Shown here piece by piece: positions 41,073 to 52,290 of a stretch of 64,000 nucleotides of DNA; position 1 is the stretch's first letter; each line of letters opens with the position of its first letter. Below the pieces are notes generated by a model. That model was not told the origin of the DNA and made no database searches. It was given only the letters and a program-made list of their open reading frames with translations. Source of the DNA: Eledone cirrhosa (Eukaryota); assembly GCA_964016885.1 (NCBI GenBank), contig OZ024740.1, positions 408,332,001-408,396,000 of the forward strand, read 5' to 3'. The position numbers were made by a program, and so were the translations under genes.

Positions 41073-42398
41073 TTTGTTTGTTTGTGTGTTTGTTTGTTTG
41101 TGTGTATATATGTGTGTGAGTGTATGTATGTGTACATATGTATGTGTGTGTATGTATGTGTGTGTATGTATGTGTGTATGTATGTATGTATGTATGTGTA
41201 CGTATGTATGTGTGTGTGTATGTATGTGTACATATGTATGTGTGTGTATGTATGTGTGTATGTATGTATGTATGTGTGTGTATGTATGTGTGTATGTATG
41301 TATGTGTGTGAGTGTATGTATGTGTACGTATGTGTGTGTATGTATGTATGTGTGTGAGTGTTTGTATGTGTACATATATTTGTGTACATATGTTTGTGTG
41401 TGTATGTATGTATGTTTGTGTGTATGTATGTGTGTGAGTGTATGTATGTATGTGTGTGTATGTATGTATGTGTACGTATGTATGTGTGTGTATGTATGTA
41501 TGTGTACGTATGTACGTGTGTGTATGTATGTATGTGTACGTATGTATGTGTGTGTATGTATGTGTACGTATGTATGTGTGTGAGTGTATTTATGTGTACG
41601 TATGTATGTGTATGTATGTATGTGTACGTATGTATGTGTGTGAGTGTATTTATGTGTACGTATCTATGTGTGTGTATGTATGTATGTATGTTTGTGTGTA
41701 TGTATGTATGTATATGTGTGTGTGTGTGTGTGTGTGTATGTATCTATGTGTGTTTGTGTGTGAATGTATGTGTATGTATGTATGTGTGTGTTTATGTATG
41801 TGTGTTTTGTATGTATTTGTATGTATTTGTATTTGTATGTGTGTGTATGTATGTATACATATGTATGTATGTGTGGTTGTATGTGAATGTGTGTGTTTAT
41901 GTATGTATGTGTATGTGTGTTTGTTTATGTATATATGTATGTCTGTATGTCTGTATGTATGTGTTTCGTATGTATTTGTATGTATATATGTTTGTGTGTA
42001 TGTATGTCTGTACGTATGTATGTGTGTGTATGTATGTATGCGTGTGTATGTGTGTGTATGTATGTATGTGTGGTTGTGTGTGAATGTGTGTGTTTATGTA
42101 TGTATGTATGTATATAGGTATGTGTCTGTATATATGTGTGTTTTGTATGTATTTGTAGTTGTATGTATGTATGTATTTGATGTAATTTTATGTATGTATG
42201 TGTGTGTATTTTATGTATGTATATATATGTGTGTGTGTGTGTGTGTATGTATGTATTTGTAGTTGTATGTATGTATGTATGTATTTGATGTATTTTTATG
42301 TATGTATGTGTTTGTGTGTGAATGTGTGTGTTTATGTATATATGTATGTATGTGTATGTATTTTATGTATGTATATATATGTGTGTGTGTGTGTGTGT
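41073..42398. repeat. Complex (TG)/(TGTA)n microsatellite field
   Basis: Directly visible. Source of many spurious ORFs. Confidence 0.97.
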
Positions 42399-42541
42399 AA
42401 GAGGAAGAGGATGAATGTGTTCAGAGATTCTGTATGTTTTTGTTGCTGTTTGTTTTCTGTTTGTTGTGTGTATTATCTCATTTCTGTGTTGACTGATATA
42501 AAGTTACTTGCTACCTCATAGGTTGATGTAGTTACAATAGC

Positions 42542-42542
<1 letters not shown>

Positions 42543-42598
<56 letters not shown>

Positions 42599-42611
42599 TG
42601 TAGTAGTTGTA
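42543..42611. repeat. (GTA)n microsatellite
   Basis: Directly visible. Confidence 0.97.
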
Positions 42612-42773
42612 GATAGAGCTGGCCAGTTAATAAATAGCAGAGACTCTTATATCTCATCTAGCATTGGTGCCATTTAAAGAATCTCTGGGTGGAATTCTTG
42701 ATATTTTAATAATCACTGACTATAGAAAACATTTACATGTAATATGTATGAACATACATACAAACATACATGA

Positions 42774-42857
<84 letters not shown>

Positions 42858-42880
42858 ATGTATATATGTATATATATATA

Positions 42881-43495
42881 TGGTAACATGTATCCCAGTA
42901 CAACCTGTCTCATGGTCGGGTCGTTGGCGACTAAACTGGCAACCCCACCAAGGTTTCTTGGTGAGGAGGGTGACTTTGGACATCCTGCAGGACTAAAAAC
43001 AAAACCTGTCAAAGGGCAAAGGAGCTCTTAAGAGTCAATGGCCATCCAAAATCACCGGGAGAGATGACCCCTTTAGCCTTAGTCAAGGCAGAATTCTAGG
43101 AGAAGGAAAACTCTGATATAACACCTGCAACCCTGATGGTATCCAATGATGTTGACTTGTTCTTCTTTTTGGTAAATAGCATCTTGGTTAAGAGAGTGGG
43201 ACTGGCTTTGTGCAGTGCCTTTGCTCACTATAAAAGCTTCACGGCACAGGCATTGCTTTATATCTGGAGATCTCTCTGCACTTGTCCTCACATGGGCCCA
43301 GCACTATGTGTCAATAATTGTCCTACCATGGGCCTAGCACTATGTGTCAATAATTGTCACAGGTGTAGTGTTTGTACCAGAGGTTTCAAGTCGCTGGCTG
43401 GACTAAAAAGTCACACTCGTTCAGCGCTTCGGTAGGGGTTATCATACATGGATGTAAAGTAGTGGCCGTACTCGAAAACGAGTTGGCAGCCACCA
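42881..43495 (+). mobile_element. Internally deleted (bipartite) RTE-like non-autonomous element in (TA)n
   Basis: The 5' part has GGCGACTAAA and CTAGGAGAAGGAAAACTCTGA, which I recall from RTE 5'UTRs. The 3' part encodes CSVCTRGFKSLAGLKSHTRS (LINE C-terminal zinc finger). The terminal stem-loop CTCGAAAACGAG..GGCAGCCACCATA is shared with 46180-46215. Confidence 0.6.
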
Positions 43496-43522
43496 TATAT
43501 ATATATGTATGTATTTATGTAT

Positions 43523-43932
43523 ATATTAGAATATAAATATTAATAAAATAGATGTTCTTTTGATCAATTATATTTTATTATACTTATTTTGGATGTACAA
43601 CAGTACGTCCTCATCAGACAAAATATAATTATACATGACATACCCTGAGATGTTAAATGGTTAAGATTTAATCAAGGTAGTACCTTGATTAAATCTTACT
43701 ACCTTGATTAAATCTTAACCATTTAACATCTCAGGGTATGTCATGTAACATTATATTTTGTCTGATGAGGACGTACTGTTGTACATCCGAAATATGTATA
43801 ATAAAATGTAATTGATCAAAAGAACATCTATTTTATTAATATTTATATTCTAATATTAATAACTCCGGAAAATTATTTTTCGTAGAATGCTTCCAATCTA
43901 CTGTAAAACTCATTTTTTGATATACTCATTGA
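43523..43932 (+). mobile_element. Miniature fold-back PLE family D insertion
   Basis: Arms 43523-43681 and 43698-43856 are near-perfect reverse complements, followed by a ~75-nt tail. (TA)-rich flanks. Confidence 0.85.
43750..43812 (+). ncRNA. Type I hammerhead ribozyme (family D), canonical core
   Basis: ATTATATTTTGT-CTGATGA-GGACGTAC-TGTT-GTACATCC-GAAA-TATGTA-T-A-ATAAAATGTAAT. 12-bp stem I, AUA triplet. Confidence 0.88.
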
Positions 43933-43951
43933 ATTTTGTTTAACTCTTCAA

Positions 43952-43997
<46 letters not shown>

Positions 43998-44000
<3 letters not shown>

Positions 44001-44073
44001 TTATTAAATAACAGATTAAAGTTTAAGCAAAGAATCGCTGCCTTCACCCTTAACAGGATCTTATTATTATTAC
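43998..44073 (+). mobile_element. Ultra-short PLE family A insertion
   Basis: Inverted arm (matches 10680-10743) fused to TTATTATTATTACTA, the reverse complement of the family A terminus at 10596-10611. Confidence 0.75.
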
Positions 44074-44193
44074 TATATATATATATAAATATAGATATAA
44101 AATAAAAAATAAAATTTCGCTCTACATGGCTGAATACAATAAATGTAATCTGAGTTTTTCAAATATTAATAATAACATTCGATTCGTTTGCAA

Positions 44194-44286
44194 TTATGCA
44201 AACAAGCCTCAATTTTATAGCCATGTCAGTAGAATGAAGTGTTCATTCTACTGACATGGCTATAAAATTGAGGCTTGTTTGCATAA
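44194..44286. repeat. Perfect 45-bp inverted repeat with 3-nt loop
   Basis: 44194-44238 is the reverse complement of 44242-44286. Loop GTG. Confidence 0.95.
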
Positions 44287-44299
44287 GTGCAATGTCAAC

Positions 44300-44560
44300 T
44301 CTGAATGTCGGTGAGCATGTCCAGCTAACCTCAGCCTCCTCTGTCTCACTTTTGAGCTGGATTTTGGGAGTTTTTCATCCTCAGTGTATACTGATTAATG
44401 TTCAGAGCCATCCTCATCAGTGTCCAAGTCTCAGACCTCCACTACAGCAATGAAGAGACGAATTTTCAGGTCTTTACAGAGGTCCGACTTCCACACCGAT
44501 CTCAAGCTGGGCGTGCCATATATATGTATGTATATATATATATGTGTATATATATATATG

Positions 44561-44641
<81 letters not shown>

Positions 44642-44645
44642 ATAT

Positions 44646-44722
<77 letters not shown>

Positions 44723-44940
44723 GTATATATGTATATATATATCTTGCACTCAGTACTCCTTTGGGAGCCCCTACATGGACACACTAGAAGAGGAAGACCA
44801 AGGTTAACATATGTTGATGCCCTAAGGACAGACACTGGTCTGTTAGAGATGCAGGTCATGGCAGCGATAATGAGGGACAGAGACCGCTGGAGAGAACTCG
44901 TCCATGGATCTCGGGAATTTTACCCGCCTTAGATAGATAG
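44300..44940. mobile_element. RTE-like LINE 3' region with inverted 5' segment, split by (TA)n
   Basis: Minus strand ~44400-44515 reads [21 protein letters not shown] / SETWTL. Plus strand 44745-44932 reads [33 protein letters not shown]. (TAGA)n tail. Confidence 0.75.
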
Positions 44941-45657
44941 ATGCTCCACTGGATGTGTAATAGTAATATACGTGAACGGCAAAGCATAAACAAACTAAGG
45001 GAAAAATTAGAAATAAGAGGGATCAGATGTTGTTTACTCGAGAGAAGACTACGTTGGTATGGTCACGTGATGCGCATGAAAGACGACAGCTGTATAAAAA
45101 AGTGCAGGGCAATAAAAATAGACGGTAGCCACGGAGTAGGCAGACCCAGAAAAGCCTGGGACGACTCGATAAATTCCAACCTCACACACTTACACCTCTC
45201 CAAGACAATGTCACTGGACCGAGATCTTTGGCACTACACAGTAATAGAGAAGACCCGCCTTACCTAAGTACAAAGTGAAACCTACTACAGTCAGTAGGCA
45301 CCTGTAACAAAATACACCCCCATCCCACTACCCCCACCCCATCCACACCACCCCTTTCAATGTTAAGTTATGTTGGTACCACAACATCCAGCCCGAAACA
45401 AATGAGGTTGTGTAGGTGTCACGACAAAAAAAAACACAGTCCACGCTGTAATGTGGCCGTGTAGGTAACACGGTAAAAACCTCCCAGTTCCACACTGTAA
45501 ATGTGGTTGGTGTTAGGAAGGGCATCCAGCCGTAGAAAACCCGCCAGACAGTCCTATGCGAGCAAGAAAACCACTCTTGCCTCAAGTGGGAAAACTCCCG
45601 TCCAAACCCATGCAAGCGTGGAATATGGACGTTAAACGATGATGATGATGATGATGA
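44941..45657 (+). mobile_element. 5'-truncated RTE-1 LINE
   Basis: ORF 44941-45267 and 3'UTR near-identical to 7020-7732. Confidence 0.92.
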
Positions 45658-45664
45658 TATGTAT

Positions 45665-46054
45665 ATACAAAGTAAAACCTACTACAGTCAGTAGGAATCT
45701 CTAACAAAATACACCCCCGTCCCACCACCCCCACCCCATCCACACCGCCCCTTTCAATGTAAAGTTATGTTGGTGCCACAACATCCAGGCCGAAACAAAT
45801 GAGATCGTGTAGGTGTCACGACAAAAAAACACACAGTCCACGCTGTAATGTGGCCGTGTAGGAAACACGGTAAAAACCTCCCAGCCCCACACTGTAAATG
45901 TGGTTGGTGTTAGGAAGGGCATCCAGCTGTAGAAAACCCGCCAGACAGTCCTATGCGAGCAAGACAATCACTCTTGCCTCAAGTGGGAAAACTCCCGTCC
46001 AAACCCATGCAAGCATGGAACACGGACGTTAAACGATGATGATGATGATGATGA
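45665..46054 (+). mobile_element. RTE-1 3'UTR-only copy in tandem
   Basis: Repeats 45269-45657 with scattered substitutions and has its own (GAT)n tail. Confidence 0.9.
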
Positions 46055-46404
46055 TATGTATACATATATATGTGATGTGATCTTTTCTAGCTACTTACGC
46101 TCAGAGAGTGGGATTGGCTCAGTGCACAGGCATTGCATGATATCATTAATTGATAATTATTAATAATGTTATATCGTGCAATGGCCATACTCGATAACGA
46201 GGGGGCAGCCATCATATATATATGTATGTGTGTGTGTATATATATATATGTGTATATATATATGTGTGTGTGTATATATATATATGTGTGTGTATATATA
46301 TATGTATGTGTATATATATATGTATATGTGTATATATATATATATATACATATATGTATATATATGTATGTATATATATGTATATATATATGGAGGCACA
46401 TCGA

Positions 46405-46728
46405 GGCACATGGCTTAGTGGTTAGAGCATTGGCCTTGCAATCGAAAGGTTGTGAGTTCAATTGTAAGACCGGGTGATGTGTTGTTTCCTTGAGCAAGAC
46501 ACTTTATTTCACATTGCTCCAGTTTACTCAGCTGTAGAAATGAGATGATAGGGACTGCAAAGTGGTCGTGGAGGTGCCACGGCAAAAAAGCACCCAGCAC
46601 TCACTGTAAATGAGGTTGGTGTTAGGAAGGGCATCCAGCTGTAGAAATCAAGCCAGAATCAGTTCCCGTCCCACCCTTGCAAGCAGGGAAAAAGTGGACG
46701 TAAAATGAAATGATGAAATGATGATGAT
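46405..46728 (+). mobile_element. SINE family A with RTE-2-type tail
   Basis: Matches 12137-12473 with a ~20-bp internal deletion. Confidence 0.88.
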
Positions 46729-46891
46729 ATATATGTATATATATTTATCTATCTATTTCTCTCTATATATATATATATATATAAATATATAGTAATAATA
46801 ATAAAATTGAAGACTAAAATCCAAAGAGGGCTCGATAAGGAAAATATATATCAAATATATAAGAACCGTAGAGCAAATATTTATTAAAATA

Positions 46892-46967
46892 ACAGATTAA
46901 AGTTTAAGCAAAGAATCGCTGCTTTCACCCTTAACGGGATCTTCTGAAACTAACAAAGTCAATCTGT
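46892..46967 (-). ncRNA. Variant hammerhead (U4A, U10.1.U11.1, CUU), best-preserved copy
   Basis: ACAGATTGA-ctttgtt-AGTTT-CAGAAGA-TCCCGTTAAGGGT-GAAA-GCAGCGATTCTTTGC-T-T-AAACT-TTAATCTGT. Confidence 0.7.
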
Positions 46968-47875
46968 AAACGCAGAACTGGATATTTCAAAAAACGTTGC
47001 AACCGGAGGAAGACAGGAAGACGATACTTTGGTTCGTGGTAACGTTCACTGACAAAGAACGGGAAAAAACGAATAATACGTCATTAATAGGAGCGGTGAA
47101 AAACAATTACGCGCAAAGACAGAACCACGTTTATGGTATAAAAGAGGTCGTAGACTAATGTTCTCTTAGGTGGTGCATAGAGACGTTCTCTGGCAATGAA
47201 CGAAAAAACGAAGATAATAAGTCATATGTGGAGCGTGGAGAACAATAGCACGCAAAGACAAAATCACGTAAATGGTAAGCAGAAGTCGTAGACTAAAATT
47301 CTAACTAGGAGACCAAATGAATCTCCGCTACAGAGTTAAGAACAAAGTAAATAAATACAATACAGAAGTAATAGAAACAAATAAATACATACACGCAAAC
47401 AGATACGTACATACACAAGCATACGCAAAACCTTACCATAGGTATACAAAACCACGCACATATAAATATGTGTTTATGTATGCTTATGTACAAATAAATA
47501 AATAATTATATAAACGTATATAAATAAATAAATACATATATAACAAACGCACATGCATACCTACATATAAATACACGAATGTTCGGAGACGTAAGTCAAC
47601 TAAAACAAGAAGTACACATATACACACACCCACTATACGTACGAACCTGCATACTCACGCAGACGCAAAACTCCCGTATACACATAGCCAAACCCTAAAT
47701 ACCAGAATATGTAAAAATGATACGCCATAACAGTCAAATATACGTACGAGAAGGTATACATACCTTCACAAAACATACGGGTAATATATACTTACCTATG
47801 CAAATAAGTAAAGGAATAAACAAACATATACTTAGCTCCCACATCAAGACGTAAAATATCCACGTATAGATCGTG

Positions 47876-48842
47876 CTATCCGTTAGGGTATAACGTGGGG
47901 CTGTAATACAGGAAAGTTTTGTGCAATTTATGTTTACAAGCCGAAATTGCCTCAGATTTTTTGTTTAAGATGTGGTCTGTGGCGTAGAGTATTTCCAGGG
48001 CCTCGGCGGCGCAGAGGTCACATGGTCTTTTATTTCCGTTATACGATCTAGCCCGAGCTAGGATCTCCCAGTGTAACTTATATTGGGTGTGGTTGTCTTT
48101 TAGACTCCAGATATAAGCTGAAAGTGACGTCATATTCCTTCTTAGAGGGTAACGAAAAGAATGGGTATGCATGTAAAGACGCTGCTTGAAACTATTGGCG
48201 GTTAACCCTATGTAGGCCCTACGGGACGTGGGTGTTACAACCTTACATTTGTAGACAATGTTACTAGAGAGGCATTTCCCAGATAGGGGGCAATCAGCCC
48301 GATTCCTACAATTACAGTTAGTACTAACTACAGGGTTGCACGTGTTCCTACGGCTAGGTAGTTTAGCTAAATTTGAAGCTGAGATGTTATGTGCATGGTT
48401 AGGAGTCATAGAGTAAGAAATTTTAATAGTATTTCTATTAAAAATTTTACTATATTTATGTGTAGGGGGAAAATGCTTCATAATAAGGGAAAGAAAGATC
48501 TTAGCTAATGGTGTGGCCACCTCCGTATTATATGGTGGGTTAAACCAACAAATGCGACGGTATCTATTTCTTCTAGGTCTATTTTCGTACTCAGTATATG
48601 CTACCTTATCGACAAATCCACTTCGAGCAAGAGCTTCATTGTAATAAGTGGAATGGTCGTTGAAAATGCGCTCGTTGGTGGAAAGACGGGAAAGCCTCAA
48701 CGAAACGTTTCTTACCAGGTTCTTGGTTATGCTGGCAGGATGGTTGGAATGCTTACTTATGTAATTAAGTGTATCATTCGGCTTTCTATACGGGTAATAC
48801 AACCCATTCAATAAATTGAGGGTAACGTCGAGGTAATTAACG
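47876..48842 (-). CDS. 5'-truncated PLE ORF: RT C-terminus/thumb + Cys-rich linker + GIY-YIG endonuclease (Naiad-like)
   Basis: VNYLDVTLNL..YRKPND..SNHP..WFNPPY..CNCRNRADCPLSGKC..IVY..YIGLT..FKQR..H..CDLC..LNKKSE..CKH. No stops in >310 codons. Confidence 0.9.
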
Positions 48843-48879
48843 GATTCTTTGCTTAAACTTTAATCTGTTATTTTAATAA

Positions 48880-48910
<31 letters not shown>

Positions 48911-49038
48911 AGTATGTACACGTACATACATATATGTATACAGACGTACACATATATGTATGTACGTGTACATACTTATATTTAAGTAACAGCCGTACTA
49001 AGAGTGGGAAATGAAATTTTGTTTCATTTTTTCCGTTT

Positions 49039-49069
<31 letters not shown>

Positions 49070-49483
49070 AATATTGGAAAATGTGTGAGATCCTTGGTAC
49101 AGTTAGGTATATTTGAAAAAAAAGGAAAAGAATTACTTCATTTGTAGTGTTAAATAATTTGATTTAATTTTATAATATTATATTATGAGTTGGTAGATCT
49201 AGTAAGTTCTTTGTTAACTTCGGGGGAAGAATTTTAAAGATTCCTGGTCAACTTTGTTGGATAACTTTCTCGCATCCGTTGGTGGCGATTGTCAAACTAA
49301 GATCAGGTTGTGTTGAGATGTGACTATATATAGGAGAGATTGGATGTGTCTGCGGTGTAGGGTGTGGAGTTAATGAGTGTTGATAATGATGAAGATTTGG
49401 AGGAATTAAAGCATACATACACACACACGCACACACACACATACACATACACACTCAGAAAATGGTGAGGTTGCAAGAAAATA

Positions 49484-49893
49484 CTATTGTATTTTCACAG
49501 TAAAGGCTTTACCTCACATAATATCTCACATAACATTTACATTACTCTATATATACTATTGTATTGTCATAGTAAAGGCTTTACTTTACATAATATCTCA
49601 CATAACATTTACATTACTCTATATATACTATTGTATTTTCACAGTAAAGGCTTTACCTCACATAATATCTCACATAACATTTACATTACTCTATATATAC
49701 TATTGTATTGTCATAGTAAAGGCTTTACTTTACATAATATCTCACATAACATTTACATTACTCTATATATACTATTGTATTGTCATAGTAAAGGCTTTAC
49801 CTCACAAAATATCTCACATAACATTTACATTACTCTATATATACTATTGTATTGTCACAGTAAAGGCTTTACTTTACATAATTATCTCACATA
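49484..49893. repeat. 72-bp minisatellite, ~5.7 units
   Basis: Unit TTGTATT(T/G)TCA(C/T)AGTAAAGGCTTTAC...CTCTATATATACTA. Seen as a 24-aa period in the ORF track. Confidence 0.95.
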
Positions 49894-50167
49894 ATATAGA
49901 ACCTATTAGATTTTGATATTATTTATTTTGATAACAATACCTTAACATCAGTATGAGCAGCCAGTTACAGCCAGTTTTAACAGAAAGAAGTGAGAGAATT
50001 CTGGCCGGTTTAAATTAAATGTTAAAGGGTTAAGTGAAGAAAGGCTTTGCACACTTGACCAATCCCACTCTCTGAATAACGGTGATAGGTATCCAAAATG
50101 AAGTACAGGTCAACATTATTGGCTGTCATCGAGTTACAGGACTTACATCAGAGTTTTCCTTCTAGAA

Positions 50168-50507
50168 CAGCATTTCTCAACCGGTGTTCCTCGGAACCCT
50201 AGGATTCCGCAAGAGGTCGCTAGGGGTTCCGCGAGAACCAGTGATAAATAAACTAATGTATTTCTTAAAAGTAATTTTTGTTTAATTTTACGGTATTTAC
50301 GGCATATTGTCGGAAAATCCTTGTTTATTTTAAGAAAGGCTTCAACCCCTTATATTATTTAAAACTAGGTCAATATAAGAGATAGATATTAATAATTGTT
50401 TCTACATTTGGCACAATAATGGTATATAATAATTTTTATGTAGGGGTTCCCTGAGACATGAACCTATTTCAAGGGTTCCACAAGGGTAAAAAGGTTGAGA
50501 AATGCTG
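50168..50507. mobile_element. hAT (Charlie/Buster-type) MITE
   Basis: Perfect 15-bp TIR CAGCATTTCTCAACC / GGTTGAGAAATGCTG. TSD TTCTAGAA / TCCTAGAA. Confidence 0.9.
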
Positions 50508-50659
50508 TCCTAGAAAGATGTCCTAACAAGACCTAGAGGGTCTCTTGGCAGTAGAATTTGGTAACTGGGGACTGGAAACTGTCTGAAACTTGTCACTATT
50601 GAATCTGTATGTGTGTGTGTGTGTGTGTGTGTATATACATGTGTGTGTATTTCTATTGT

Positions 50660-50985
50660 GTATATTGTTGTTACTGTTGTTATTGTTAGAGGTGATGATG
50701 ATGTCGCTGTTGTTTTTACTGTTGTTGTTGTTGTTATTGATGTTGCTGTTGTTGTTGTTATTGTTACTGTTGTTGTTTATGTTGTTATTGATGCTGTTGT
50801 TGGTGTTGATGTTGTTGTTATTACTGTTGTTGTTATTGGTGTTGTTGTTACTGTTGTTGTTGTTATTGGTGTTGTTACTGTTGTTGTTATTGGTGTTGTT
50901 GTTGTTACTGTTGTTGTTACTGGTGTTGTTCTTGTTATTATTGTTGTTGTTGTTGGTGTTGGTATTGGTGTTACTGTTGTTGTTG
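50660..50985. repeat. Degenerate (TTG)n trinucleotide repeat
   Basis: Directly visible. Confidence 0.95.
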
Positions 50986-51280
50986 GCCAGACTTTCCTCC
51001 TATCAGGTCCACACACCTCCCAAAACATGGTTCTGCTATGAACAAGGTACAGCATGGCCAACAAACCAGACCCTTTTTATATCGGCAGACCCTTTTTATA
51101 TCAACACCACGCAGCCCCACACTGTAAACGTAGTTGGTGTTAGGAAGGGTATCCAGCTGTAAAAAAACACCCCAACCAAAATATAGTGTGATGGACATAC
51201 AGAAACACTCTCTTTCTCTATCTCTCTCACAAAAACTATAAGTACGAAGCTGAATTTTGGGATTTTAAGTGCTAAGAGTG

Positions 51281-51318
<38 letters not shown>

Positions 51319-51339
51319 GAAAGAAAAAAAAAATCTACT

Positions 51340-51578
51340 CCCAGTCCACGCTGTAATGTGGCCGTGTAGGTAACACGGTAAAAAGTTCCCAGTTCCACAC
51401 TGTAAATGTGGTTGGTGTTAGGAAGGGCATCCAGCCGTAGAAAACCTGCCAGATAGTCCTATATGAGTGAGACACGATCACCCGACCACTCTTGCTTCAA
51501 ATGGCACAACTCCCGTCTAACCCATGCTAGCGTGGAAGATGAACGTTAAACGATGATGATGATGATGATGATGATGAT
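51340..51578 (+). mobile_element. RTE-1-related 3'UTR fragment
   Basis: Matches 7510-7730. (GAT)n tail. Confidence 0.85.
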
Positions 51579-51754
51579 ATTATATATATATATATATTAT
51601 ACACATATACACATACAAATTATACATACATATATATATATTTCATATACACATATATTTTACATATATATATATATATTTTATATACATACATATATAT
51701 ATTTTATATACACATATATATATATATATCTTATATATACACATATATAGTTTA

Positions 51755-51791
<37 letters not shown>

Positions 51792-52290
51792 CATACACAT
51801 ATATATATATACCATGTATATTTTACATACATATATATACCCTATACATATATACCACATATATATTTTATATATACATTTTATACATACAATATATATA
51901 TTTTATATATATATACCATACACATATCTTACACATCCTATATATATATTATATATATCTTATATATATATATCCTATATATATATATATATCATACATA
52001 TACACATGTATATATATCCCATATACACATACATATATATATATATTATATATATATATATTCTATATATATATATTCTATATATATATATTTTATATAT
52101 ATATATATTTTTATATATATATACTACATATATATATATACATATAAATACACTATATATATATATATCTCACACATACGCACATTCATACATGCATATG
52201 CACACATACATATAAACATGTACACATATATCTGTATACCTCAGACACATATATAAAAAAACATCTATACATACATATATGTACACACAT
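51579..52290. repeat. Degenerate (TA)/(CATA) low-complexity tract
   Basis: Directly visible. Confidence 0.93.

Larger units (their letters stand above)
46792..48881 (-). mobile_element. Penelope-like element (family A), 5'-truncated, short inverted arm
   Basis: Open RT-thumb/GIY-YIG ORF, ~1.08-kb 3'UTR, inverted arm at 48843-48881, (TA)n flanks. Confidence 0.95.

Noticed and set aside
41030-42521. Many long ORFs rich in C/V/M/Y or H/T/I
   Set aside because: Translations of the TG/TGTA microsatellite in all frames.
49484-49893. CRISPR-like array or 24-aa repeat protein
   Set aside because: Head-to-tail repeats with no unique spacers, in a eukaryotic context.
50590-51162. Poly-Leu / poly-Val / poly-Thr ORFs resembling membrane or mucin proteins
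   Set aside because: (TTG)n repeat open in several frames, with no splice or domain support.
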